From a virus: a stretch of 36,558 bases of DNA. Shown piece by piece: positions 17,139 through 25,504 of the stretch; positions within the stretch are counted from its first letter, which is position 1; every line of letters begins with the position of its first letter. A program made the position numbers and the translations under genes. Where the stretch lies: the UHGV virus genome UHGV-1373753. The stretch is one strand, 5' to 3'. The notes under the pieces are model-generated. The model worked only from the letters and a program-made list of their open reading frames with translations, did no database searches and was not told the origin of the DNA.

Positions 17139-18458
17139 GTGCAGACTACTGGGAAGAATTTGCTTCCGGACAAATTTTCGATCTATGCAGAGGGAAAAAG
17201 CAAGACAAATCTCAAATTGCAGATTGGAAACTATGTATATAGCTCAAAAACGTCAAAGAACTTGTATATATTACACGAAGACAAAAGCAACATTACGAAT
17301 GGATGGACTGCTACTAACAAGTTTAATTTTAAAATTGATAAAGAAGAAACTATTGAGGTCAGAATAGAAACAGAAAACCCGCTAGAAATTCTACCGATGA
17401 TTAGGGAGGAGACTGAGTTGGATTCCTACGAACCCTATACAGGCGGTAAACCATCCCCAAGCCCAGAATATCCGCAGGAAATCAAGAGTGTCGGAAAGTG
17501 GAATGATGAGAAGCAGAAGTATGAAGTGGATGTGAAGGTAAGTAACTGTGGCTATTTGCAAAAAGGTTCATATGCCGACAAAATAAGACCTCTTCCATTA
17601 GAAAAAGGTAAAACGTATAGAATTTATGTTGATGTAAAATCTGCTGTTGTGAATGTATGTATATTGAATGAAGAAAGAACATTTGCTAATTCTGGACAAC
17701 TTTATGCTTATTATAATTCCAGAGGATATCCGATTAGCAGCACTGGCGTTGTAAGCGGTATCTGTAGATTGCCGAACTCATTATATAGAGGTTATACATT
17801 CACTGTGACCGTAGATGGATTATTTTTGTACCAAGGAGTTAATGCTAACATTCTTAATACCGATAATGCTTATGTTGCATATGACTTTATTAAAAAAGTT
17901 GATATAAGTTCTCCGTATACTGAGAAAGAGTCGGTTGTTTTAACTTCCGACCGTCCTATTACAAAGTGGGACAAACTTGTTGAGCAGGATGGACAGATTG
18001 GGTGGTTGTATAAGAGCAAGATAATTGACGGTTTTGATGGACAATCTAGTAATATAACCCTGGGTGGGAAACAAGGAGAAGTTCAGCATTTTTCGGTTGT
18101 TTTTACAGATGTACCGAATGGAATCGGAAATGGCGATATTTATGTAGACAGATATAGAGCCATAGCAGTGTCGTACACAAAAGCAGAATTCGGAATCTGT
18201 TGTAATTGGAATAGTGGAGTTAAATTTTTTTCAGCACCGAACGAAAATGTTACAACCGTCCAAGAATTTAAAACGTGGCTCGTAGAAAATCCGTTAAAAA
18301 TCGCTTACGAAACTACGAACCCCGAATTCGTTCCCCTACCACAATCCGAACAAAACGCTATCCGAGCATTAAAAACCTACTACCCTACCACAGTCATCAC
18401 AGCGGACGGAGGGGAGCTTGACCCCGATATTAAAGTAACATACCGAAAGGAGATTTAA
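17139..18458 (+). CDS. Head-module structural protein (439 aa, AT-rich), possible head fibre or decoration protein; likely the continuation of 16956..17138
   Basis: Begins at GTG immediately after the TAG with no usable RBS. Beta-rich, Tyr/Asn-rich sequence. Sits between the gp7-like gene and the scaffold gene. Confidence 0.5.
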   Translation: MQTTGKNLLPDKFSIYAEGKSKTNLKLQIGNYVYSSKTSKNLYILHEDKSNITNGWTATNKFNFKIDKEETIEVRIETENPLEILPMIREETELDSYEPYTGGKPSPSPEYPQEIKSVGKWNDEKQKYEVDVKVSNCGYLQKGSYADKIRPLPLEKGKTYRIYVDVKSAVVNVCILNEERTFANSGQLYAYYNSRGYPISSTGVVSGICRLPNSLYRGYTFTVTVDGLFLYQGVNANILNTDNAYVAYDFIKKVDISSPYTEKESVVLTSDRPITKWDKLVEQDGQIGWLYKSKIIDGFDGQSSNITLGGKQGEVQHFSVVFTDVPNGIGNGDIYVDRYRAIAVSYTKAEFGICCNWNSGVKFFSAPNENVTTVQEFKTWLVENPLKIAYETTNPEFVPLPQSEQNAIRALKTYYPTTVITADGGELDPDIKVTYRKEI

Positions 18459-18460
18459 AC

Positions 18461-18748
18461 ATGAACTATGCAAAAATAATGGAAAACGGAACTGTGAGAA
18501 TCAGCTCCATCAAAAAGGAGGGCTACAAACCACTCAAGGAAGAGAAACCAGAGGGATTCAGCAATCTTGTCTTTGTTGGATACACAGAGACAGAAGAAAA
18601 CGTAATCAAAGAATATGAAGCAGTGGATGACGGTATGAGCGCCTACGGGAAATTGCAGAAAGACTTGAAAGCAACGCAGGCGGCGCAGGAAGTCACAGAT
18701 CAGGCGGTGCAGGAGCTGATTTTAGCAACAATGAAAATGGGGGTGTAA
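18461..18748 (+). CDS. Hypothetical protein (95 aa)
   Basis: ATG 2 nt after the upstream stop. RBS AAAGGAGATTTAAACATG. Confidence 0.45.
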   Translation: MNYAKIMENGTVRISSIKKEGYKPLKEEKPEGFSNLVFVGYTETEENVIKEYEAVDDGMSAYGKLQKDLKATQAAQEVTDQAVQELILATMKMGV

Positions 18749-18751
18749 ATT

Positions 18752-18847
18752 ATGGCACAGTTTTTGGCAAACAGAATCAAAGGCGGACACTTGACAATTG
18801 ATGATGTACCGGAGAGCTTGAAAGAGCAGGTGCAGGCGTTACTGTAA
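18752..18847 (+). CDS. Small hypothetical protein (31 aa)
   Basis: MAQFLANRIKGGHLTIDDVPESLKEQVQALL. Follows the previous stop directly. Confidence 0.3.
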   Translation: MAQFLANRIKGGHLTIDDVPESLKEQVQALL

Positions 18848-18988
18848 AATCGAATAAGTAAGACATTAGCACATAGAGATATGTGTTATTTTTATGCCTT
18901 TTTGGTCAGTAGATGAGACCTTAAACAGTCAATTCGTGGTGGATGGTTACACACCTTAAACAACCTAATGCGAAAGGAGAATGGAAAC

Positions 18989-19540
18989 ATGAAAACAGAA
19001 TTTTTAAAAGGACTTGGATTGGAGCAGGATGTCATTGATAAAATCATGGCAGAGAACGGGAAAGACATTGCCGCTGAAAAGGCAAAGACTACCAAAGCAG
19101 AGGGGGAGCGTGACAATTATAAGAGTCAGCTTGAGACCACAACGGAATCTTTGGAAAAGTTTAAAGATGTTGACCCAACAGCTATGCAGGGAGAAATTGA
19201 TAAGCTGAATCAGCAGCTGAAAGACAAAGATGTCGAGTATGCCGCAAAAGAAGCGGATCGCATCTTTTCCGACACGATCAAAGAAGCGATCAAGACAGCC
19301 GGCGGTCGCAACGAAAAAGCGGTCATGGCTATGCTTGATATGGACGCTTTGAAAGAATCGAAAAACCAGTCTGAGGACATTAAGAAAGCATTGGAAACCG
19401 TAAAGGAATCTGATGCTTATTTATTTGGTTCTAATGAACCATTCATGAACGCAGTCGGAGCAACAGGAGGCGGTGCCGATGTTGGTGGAGATAATCTGTC
19501 AGCAATCAGAGCGGCTATGGGACTTCCGGCAGAAAAATAA
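18989..19540 (+). CDS. Scaffolding protein
   Basis: ATG 18989 after AAAGGAGAATGGAAAC. 183 aa, highly charged, alpha-helical and Lys/Glu/Asp-rich. Immediately upstream of the major capsid gene. Confidence 0.65.
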   Translation: MKTEFLKGLGLEQDVIDKIMAENGKDIAAEKAKTTKAEGERDNYKSQLETTTESLEKFKDVDPTAMQGEIDKLNQQLKDKDVEYAAKEADRIFSDTIKEAIKTAGGRNEKAVMAMLDMDALKESKNQSEDIKKALETVKESDAYLFGSNEPFMNAVGATGGGADVGGDNLSAIRAAMGLPAEK

Positions 19541-19567
19541 TTTTTAGAAAGAAAGAGGTAAAAAGAT

Positions 19568-20437
19568 ATGGCAAATACAATTGCATTAAGAAAAGCATAT
19601 TCTACTATGCTTGATGAGGTTTATAAACTGGCATCCCTTACAGCCGTATTAGACGGTCCAAACGAACTTGTAAAAGAGGGTGCAAACGCAAATGAAATTT
19701 TGATTCCGAAAATGACGATGTCCGGTCTTGCAAATTACAATAAGCAGACAGGATATGTTGCAGGTGACGTTACACTTGAATACGAGACTAAGAAATGTAC
19801 TTATGATCGAGGCCGTATGTTCACCGTGGACGCTATGGACAATATCGAGTCTGCAGGTATTGCCTTCGGACGTCTTTCCGGAGAATTTTTGAGAACACAG
19901 GTTGTTCCGGAGCTTGACGCTTGGAGACTTGCGTCTTATGCAGGATACGCACCATCTGCTAATAAAGTGGCAGCAGCGATTGCAGATGCGAAAGCCGGAA
20001 TTGCAGCAATTAGAAAAGGCAAGACTGCTATTAAAAATGCGGAGGCAAAGCCGGAAACCTGTTATCTGTATATCTCTGCCGCACTCAAAGGGGATATTGA
20101 GGACCTTGATACAACGGCATCCAAGAAAGTTCTGGAAGGCTGGGCTGGAGTGATTGAAGTTCCTGAGGGAAGATTTTTCGACAAAGTCACGTTGACAGCA
20201 TCTGGAGACGGCGGCTTTACAACAACAGGCGGTAAGAAGATTGATTTCTTGATTGTTGACAAGAATGCAGTAATCCAGAATCAGAAGCACGCTGTATCTA
20301 AGATCATCACACCGGATCAGAACCAGGATGCAGATGCTTGGAAGTTCGGATATCGTACCGTAGGTATCGCAGAGGCGAAAGACAACGAGAAAGTGGCTAT
20401 CTATGTACATACTGCTACGGAGCAGGAGTTGATCTGA
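19568..20437 (+). CDS. Major capsid protein
   Basis: 289 aa after RBS AAAGAGGTAAAAAG. Position directly after the scaffold gene. No propeptide/protease gene is present, consistent with a scaffold-dependent capsid. Confidence 0.7.
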   Translation: MANTIALRKAYSTMLDEVYKLASLTAVLDGPNELVKEGANANEILIPKMTMSGLANYNKQTGYVAGDVTLEYETKKCTYDRGRMFTVDAMDNIESAGIAFGRLSGEFLRTQVVPELDAWRLASYAGYAPSANKVAAAIADAKAGIAAIRKGKTAIKNAEAKPETCYLYISAALKGDIEDLDTTASKKVLEGWAGVIEVPEGRFFDKVTLTASGDGGFTTTGGKKIDFLIVDKNAVIQNQKHAVSKIITPDQNQDADAWKFGYRTVGIAEAKDNEKVAIYVHTATEQELI

Positions 20438-20824
20438 ATGAATTTGTATGCGGACTATAACTTCTATATGACGGAGTATAAGGGAAAAGCCACAGAAGAA
20501 GAATTTCAAAGGCAGATCGTGAAAGCAAGTGCCCACGTTCGGAGGATTACCTTTGGGCGTGCGGACAACTGCACGGAAATGGAAGAGGTGAAACTTGCTG
20601 TATGTGCAGTTTGTGACGTACTGATTTCGGATGAAAAAAGCCGAGAAAATAACAGTGGTAGACAGATCGCATCGGAGAGTACTGATGGATATTCCGTAAG
20701 CTATGTACAAGAAAAATCAGCTGATGAGACATCAGAAGAATTGTCGTGTCGGAAAGCGTGTCAGGCGGCGGAACTATACTTGGAACCGACAGGTCTGCTC
20801 TATGCGGGGGTGGAAGAATGCTGA
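20438..20824 (+). CDS. Head-tail connector / DNA-packaging (gp6/gp15-like) protein
   Basis: 128 aa. ATGA overlap with the capsid-gene stop. Position and size only. Confidence 0.4.
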   Translation: MNLYADYNFYMTEYKGKATEEEFQRQIVKASAHVRRITFGRADNCTEMEEVKLAVCAVCDVLISDEKSRENNSGRQIASESTDGYSVSYVQEKSADETSEELSCRKACQAAELYLEPTGLLYAGVEEC

Positions 20825-21153
20825 CCAATACAGATGCTACGATATACCACAGACAGTATGATCCGGAAACAAGACTGGATCAATGGGAACGGGAATATAT
20901 CCCGGAAGTGTGGTGGTACAAAAATGAAAAGTCGCAGATCACGACAGATGGGTTAAAGCAAGCGGACACTTACACTGTCAGAATCCCGGATACGAGCGTG
21001 AAAATCAAGAAAGACGATTACCTTGTAAAAGGCGATTGTAAGGTTGACATGCAGACGATTAAGGACTTGGACGGATTGGATAAGACCAGAGTCACGTCTG
21101 TAAACTACAATACTTTTGGCGGTAATCCGCATATTAAGGTGGTGGGAGTGTAG
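20818..21153 (+). CDS. Head closure / head-tail adaptor protein (hypothetical)
   Basis: Internal ATG 20818 after GGGGGTGGAAGA, overlapping the previous stop. 111 aa. Confidence 0.4.
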   Translation: MLTNTDATIYHRQYDPETRLDQWEREYIPEVWWYKNEKSQITTDGLKQADTYTVRIPDTSVKIKKDDYLVKGDCKVDMQTIKDLDGLDKTRVTSVNYNTFGGNPHIKVVGV

Positions 21154-21542
21154 TGGCAAAAGGAAAGAAGAAATTTAAGATTGAGACACCGAGAGGTGTA
21201 ATTTATACGCAAGCAACAAAAGGTGGAAAAGTGACGGCAAGGCTTGACTGGAATCCCAGCTTTAAGCCAAGTATGGAATCCGGTTTTGCAAACGCACAGT
21301 CTTTCGTGGACTCTGAATGCATCCGGCGTATGAACCCTGAGACTCCAAGACGGACAGAAGTACTGGTTAAGTCAGCAACCCTTGGCACTGTGATTGGCAG
21401 TGGTGAGATCAACCAGATTGCGCCTTATGCACGTAGACAGTATTACGAGCACAAGGAAAAATCACGATGGTTTGAGCGCATGAAAAACCGCCACAAAGAC
21501 TCTATCCTGAAAGGAGCGGCTAAGTATGTCAAATCTCACTGA
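21153..21542 (+). CDS. Tail-completion / minor capsid-like protein (HK97 gp10-like, hypothetical)
   Basis: GTG 21153 after AAGGTGGTGGGAG. 129 aa. Confidence 0.4.
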   Translation: MAKGKKKFKIETPRGVIYTQATKGGKVTARLDWNPSFKPSMESGFANAQSFVDSECIRRMNPETPRRTEVLVKSATLGTVIGSGEINQIAPYARRQYYEHKEKSRWFERMKNRHKDSILKGAAKYVKSH

Positions 21543-21945
21543 CAGTGTCAGATCGTACATCCTCATGTGCCCGTTTTTAAGTGATGGGCGTGTAAATGTG
21601 GACTACATTGGAACGGATATGGGGTACTCTATCGACCCTCTCCCTTGCGACCCGATCATGCAGAGATACATGGACGGTGGGGCAAAGAAGCAGTTCCAAT
21701 TCGCATTTACAAGCCAAGAAGAATATGACCAAGACGCGCGAATTAACATTGAAAACAGTGGATTTTTCCAGAGCTTCGAAGAGTGGTTGGAACAGCAGAG
21801 TTTTAACGACAACCTACCAAAACTCGAAGAAAAGAAGAACCCAATATCAATCGAAACTTTAAACAGCGGTTACTTGTACGATATGAACGGTGAAAACGCA
21901 AAGTATCGTATTGAGTGCCGCTTAATTTATACGCAGGAGGTATAA
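21526..21945 (+). CDS. Tail-completion protein (hypothetical)
   Basis: RBS AAAGGAGCGGCTAAGTATG. 139 aa, immediately before the major tail gene. Confidence 0.4.
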   Translation: MSNLTDSVRSYILMCPFLSDGRVNVDYIGTDMGYSIDPLPCDPIMQRYMDGGAKKQFQFAFTSQEEYDQDARINIENSGFFQSFEEWLEQQSFNDNLPKLEEKKNPISIETLNSGYLYDMNGENAKYRIECRLIYTQEV

Positions 21946-21947
21946 GT

Positions 21948-22472
21948 ATGGCAGTAGCAGCACCAAAATTAGTCGGCAGACATTTGCGTGTGGCATTCAT
22001 GAACACGGATGCAACGGGTAGTTCGCCGAAATACGAAAGAATGACAAATTTTACAGCAATGACAAACGGGAAAAACCCGAAAGAGTATTCTAGACAGTAC
22101 GTGGATGAGATCGCGGAGCGCGCGGACGTTGTAGGGTACGCTCCGGCAATCGAATATTCATTTGACCGGTACACAAATAACCCGGTACACGAAAAAATCG
22201 CAACAATCCACGATGGTGAAAAGCTCGGAGATGACGCACATGTAGAAGTTGTAGTTGTTGACTTTTTCAAAAAAAATGATAAAGGAGACAAATGCTACGC
22301 AACAAAGCGTACTTATGCGGTCATCCCGGATTCTGACGGAGACGGAACGGATGCGCTTGTGTATGGCGGATCTCTTAAATCTGTGTCCGACATCGAAGAA
22401 GGATATGTTACAGAAACTGACTTTACAAGCAAGACGGTTACTTACGCCAAGGGAGATTACATGGGGGAGTAG
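21948..22472 (+). CDS. Major tail protein
   Basis: Internal ATG 21948 after CAGGAGGTATAAGT. About 175 aa. Followed by two chaperone genes and the tape measure gene. Confidence 0.6.
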   Translation: MAVAAPKLVGRHLRVAFMNTDATGSSPKYERMTNFTAMTNGKNPKEYSRQYVDEIAERADVVGYAPAIEYSFDRYTNNPVHEKIATIHDGEKLGDDAHVEVVVVDFFKKNDKGDKCYATKRTYAVIPDSDGDGTDALVYGGSLKSVSDIEEGYVTETDFTSKTVTYAKGDYMGE

Positions 22473-22527
22473 CTGCCGCCGATTTTAAGGTGGCAAAAAA
22501 CACAGGAAAGAATAGGAGAGTGAGCCA

Positions 22528-22890
22528 ATGAGCCAGTGGAAATTTAATAATTTTGAAACAGACATCGATTTTACAGACGCAGATTTTATGGAAAAATTTG
22601 AGGGCTGCTACGAAAAAATGGTTGAGGAATCCGAAAAAGTGCCGAAAGTTGGAAAAGTGTCCGAGATTACGAGGGCGCAATGCAAGGTTTTTAATGATTT
22701 CTATGACCGATTATTCGGAGACGGAACAAGCGAAAAAATGTTTCTAGGGAAAAACAGCATGGACATGAGAGTTAAGGCCGCCAATTCACTGTTTGATTTA
22801 CGGAACAGCGAGCAGCCCAGATATAACAGTATGGTAAACAAATATACACCAAACAGGAAAGCTAGGAGAGGGGCGAATAAGAACCGATGA
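22528..22890 (+). CDS. Tail assembly chaperone (gpG-like)
   Basis: 120 aa, acidic. Position between the major tail and tape measure genes. Confidence 0.5.
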   Translation: MSQWKFNNFETDIDFTDADFMEKFEGCYEKMVEESEKVPKVGKVSEITRAQCKVFNDFYDRLFGDGTSEKMFLGKNSMDMRVKAANSLFDLRNSEQPRYNSMVNKYTPNRKARRGANKNR

Positions 22891-23441
22891 ACCTCTTCTA
22901 TGAATCACTCCCGACATCGGTAATTGTAAATGGAAAGCCTGTGAGAATCAGAACCGATTTTCGAGAGTATATTTCTCTTTTGGACATGTTAAAAGATAAA
23001 GATGTCAAGTCTGTGGATAAGCTGTTGATTTTGAGTGAGTATTTCCTTGACGATATCGAAATATCACAGCCTGCAATTGACGCATTATGCGACTTTATGA
23101 GTGCTGATTTTTCAGACGGAGAAGTCAGTCAAACCGGAACAGTGAGGCAAAAGAATCTTTTTTCTTTTTCCATCGATTATCCCTATATATTATCAGCATT
23201 TTTGCGCGATTACGGAATCGACCTGATTGATATTAAATATCTGCACTGGTGGAAATTTCGAATGCTTTTTGATGGATTATCAGAGGACAATGAGATCAAG
23301 AAAAGAATTATGTACAGAGGGATTGATCTGAGCGAAGTTAAAGATCCGGAAGAGAAAAAGAGAATCCAGAAAATTAAAAAACTGATCGAGTTAAAACAGG
23401 AAGAATTGACTGATTTTGAAATCGGTGACGCTTTTATGTAG
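22887..23441 (+). CDS. Phage Gp15-like protein / second tail chaperone
   Basis: ATGA overlap with the previous gene. 184 aa, immediately upstream of the tape measure gene. Confidence 0.45.
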   Translation: MNLFYESLPTSVIVNGKPVRIRTDFREYISLLDMLKDKDVKSVDKLLILSEYFLDDIEISQPAIDALCDFMSADFSDGEVSQTGTVRQKNLFSFSIDYPYILSAFLRDYGIDLIDIKYLHWWKFRMLFDGLSEDNEIKKRIMYRGIDLSEVKDPEEKKRIQKIKKLIELKQEELTDFEIGDAFM

Positions 23442-23448
23442 GTGGACC

Positions 23449-23595
23449 ATGAAAAAAGAACCAATATTAGTCCGAGATTGGATTAGATGCCCTGTGTGCG
23501 GCTGCAAACTTGCTATTGCAGACAATACAGCCAAAAGCCACGGTATCTACGTAAAATGTCGGACTTGTAAGAAAGAAATAGAAATTAAGAAATAA
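23449..23595 (+). CDS. Zinc-ribbon mini-protein (48 aa)
   Basis: MKKEPILVRDWIRCPVCGCK…KCRTCKKEIEIKK carries two CxxC pairs. Sits between the chaperone and tape measure genes. Confidence 0.35.
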   Translation: MKKEPILVRDWIRCPVCGCKLAIADNTAKSHGIYVKCRTCKKEIEIKK

Positions 23596-23647
23596 AGCAC
23601 TTAAGTGAGCCTATGAGCCTGTGCTATCCAAGAATAGGAGGGATAGT

Positions 23648-25504
23648 ATGGGTTATGATGGCTCATTAAAATTTGACACGGAAATAAATGAATCTGGATT
23701 TAATTCCGGAATTTCCAAACTTGGTGGAATAGCCAAGAAAGGTGCAGGAGTGGCAGTTGCTGCGGTTGGTGCTGTTACGGCTGCGCTTGGAGCTGGTGTT
23801 GTAGCCGGAGTAAAATACAATGCATCCATAGAGTCTTACCAGACATCATTTGAGGTTATGACTGGATCCGCAGAAAAGGCTGCGGAAGTAATCGACAAAT
23901 TAAAGAAAGTTGGAGCGGAGACACCGTTTGAACTTCCAGACTTGGCAGATACTACACAGCTCTTAATGAACTATGGCTTTAGCGCAGACGAAGCTATGGA
24001 CAGTATGATGATGCTCGGTGATATTTCACAAGGCTCTGCCGAAAAAATGTCCAGAATTGCTACTGCTTACGGTCAGATGTCCTCTGCTGGAAAGGTATCG
24101 TTGGAAGATGTCAAACAGATGATTGAAGCTGGATTTAATCCACTGCAAGAAATTTCTGAAAGCACAGGGGAGTCTATGGCGTCCCTGTACGACAGAATCA
24201 GTAAGGGGACGATCTCTGTCGACGAAATTGCAGCATCCATGCAGAGAGCAACGTCTGAGGGCGGTAAGTATTTCCAAAGTATGGAAAAGCAAAGCCAGAC
24301 GTTTAGCGGTCTGATCTCCACTTTAAAAGATAATGCTCAACAGCTATTGGGCGAGGTCGTAAAGCCGATATCTGATGGACTGACAGAGTCTTTGTTGCCT
24401 GCGGCGATTAGTGCAATTGAGCAGTTGACGCAAGGATTTGAAGAAAACGGCGTTGCCGGTATGATTCAAGCAGCTGGAAATATCGTGAATGGACTATTTA
24501 CCGGAATGATGGAAAATGCTCCGTTGCTTATCTCTACAGGAATGGAGCTGCTTAATCAGTTCTTACTCGGAATCGCAACCGGAGTTCCAGCACTGATTAC
24601 CAAAGGGTTTGAAATCGTAACTCAGCTCGTTCTTGGTATTTTGCAAAATCTACCGCAGTTAATCACGCAAGGAGCGGCGGTTATCACGAACTTTGTGAAT
24701 GGACTTCTGTCGTCTCTTCCATCTGTATTGCAATCAGGCGTCCAAATGATTCTCCGCCTTGTGGATGGAATTATAAACAACCTTCCGTCTATTGTATCAG
24801 CCGCAGCGCAGGCAATAGCGCGATTTATTGCGAGCATTGCAAGTAACTTACCAAAAATTATAGCTACCGGAAATAAGATTATCGCCGAGCTTGCTGTTGG
24901 ATTGATTAAGGCAATACCAAACCTTGTGAGTAAAATACCACAGATTATATCTGCGATCAAAGACGCCTTTTTAAGTGTTGATTGGCTTAGTGTTGGAGTT
25001 AACATCATAAAGGGAATTGCATCCGGTGTCGCTTCTGCAGCCGGACAGCTAGTAGATGCCGCTGTGAGCGCTGCTACAGATGCCTTGAATTGGGTTAAAA
25101 GCAAACTTGGGATCCATTCCCCATCCCGTGTATTTAGGGATCAGGTTGGGAAAAACATGGCTCTCGGTATAGGGGTTGGATTCGAGGATAATATCCCATA
25201 CAAAGACATGGAAAAACAGGCAAACAAGATGGTGTCCCGGATACAGGGAGCTGCTCTTGGAGTTACAACGTCTGCAAGCCCGACAGCAAGCGGATATGTC
25301 GCTTCCAGATCGGCGGTCAGAACGACAGATAATAACGAGCTACTCTATGCAGTAGACCGTCTATCCAGACTTGCCAACAGACCACTAGAGATTGTTAATA
25401 AAATTGACTCTGTAGAGACATCCAGAGTACTTGCAACACCAATGGAAAAACAAATAGAAAAGAATTCAAGTTTTCGGAAGATGTTAGGAGGGGATAGAAA
25501 TTGA
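23648..25504 (+). CDS. Tail tape measure protein
   Basis: ATG 23648 after GGAGGGATAGT. N-terminal Ala/Gly/Val-rich TM-like segment, long helical repeats (…NLPQLITQGAAVITNFVNGLLSSLPSVL…). About 618 aa, consistent with a medium-length tail. Confidence 0.8.
   Translation: MGYDGSLKFDTEINESGFNSGISKLGGIAKKGAGVAVAAVGAVTAALGAGVVAGVKYNASIESYQTSFEVMTGSAEKAAEVIDKLKKVGAETPFELPDLADTTQLLMNYGFSADEAMDSMMMLGDISQGSAEKMSRIATAYGQMSSAGKVSLEDVKQMIEAGFNPLQEISESTGESMASLYDRISKGTISVDEIAASMQRATSEGGKYFQSMEKQSQTFSGLISTLKDNAQQLLGEVVKPISDGLTESLLPAAISAIEQLTQGFEENGVAGMIQAAGNIVNGLFTGMMENAPLLISTGMELLNQFLLGIATGVPALITKGFEIVTQLVLGILQNLPQLITQGAAVITNFVNGLLSSLPSVLQSGVQMILRLVDGIINNLPSIVSAAAQAIARFIASIASNLPKIIATGNKIIAELAVGLIKAIPNLVSKIPQIISAIKDAFLSVDWLSVGVNIIKGIASGVASAAGQLVDAAVSAATDALNWVKSKLGIHSPSRVFRDQVGKNMALGIGVGFEDNIPYKDMEKQANKMVSRIQGAALGVTTSASPTASGYVASRSAVRTTDNNELLYAVDRLSRLANRPLEIVNKIDSVETSRVLATPMEKQIEKNSSFRKMLGGDRN

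Noticed and set aside
19649-20710. 353-aa minus-strand ORF spanning the scaffold/major capsid region
   Set aside because: It is antisense to two well-supported, RBS-equipped structural genes. Its predicted protein is Cys/Arg-rich and low-complexity, and it has no RBS, so it is a shadow ORF.
22528-23441. Programmed -1 frameshift fusing the two tail chaperone ORFs
   Set aside because: No slippery heptamer (X XXY YYZ) was found near the end of 22528..22890. The ORFs are joined by a simple ATGA overlap, so they are annotated as separate genes.
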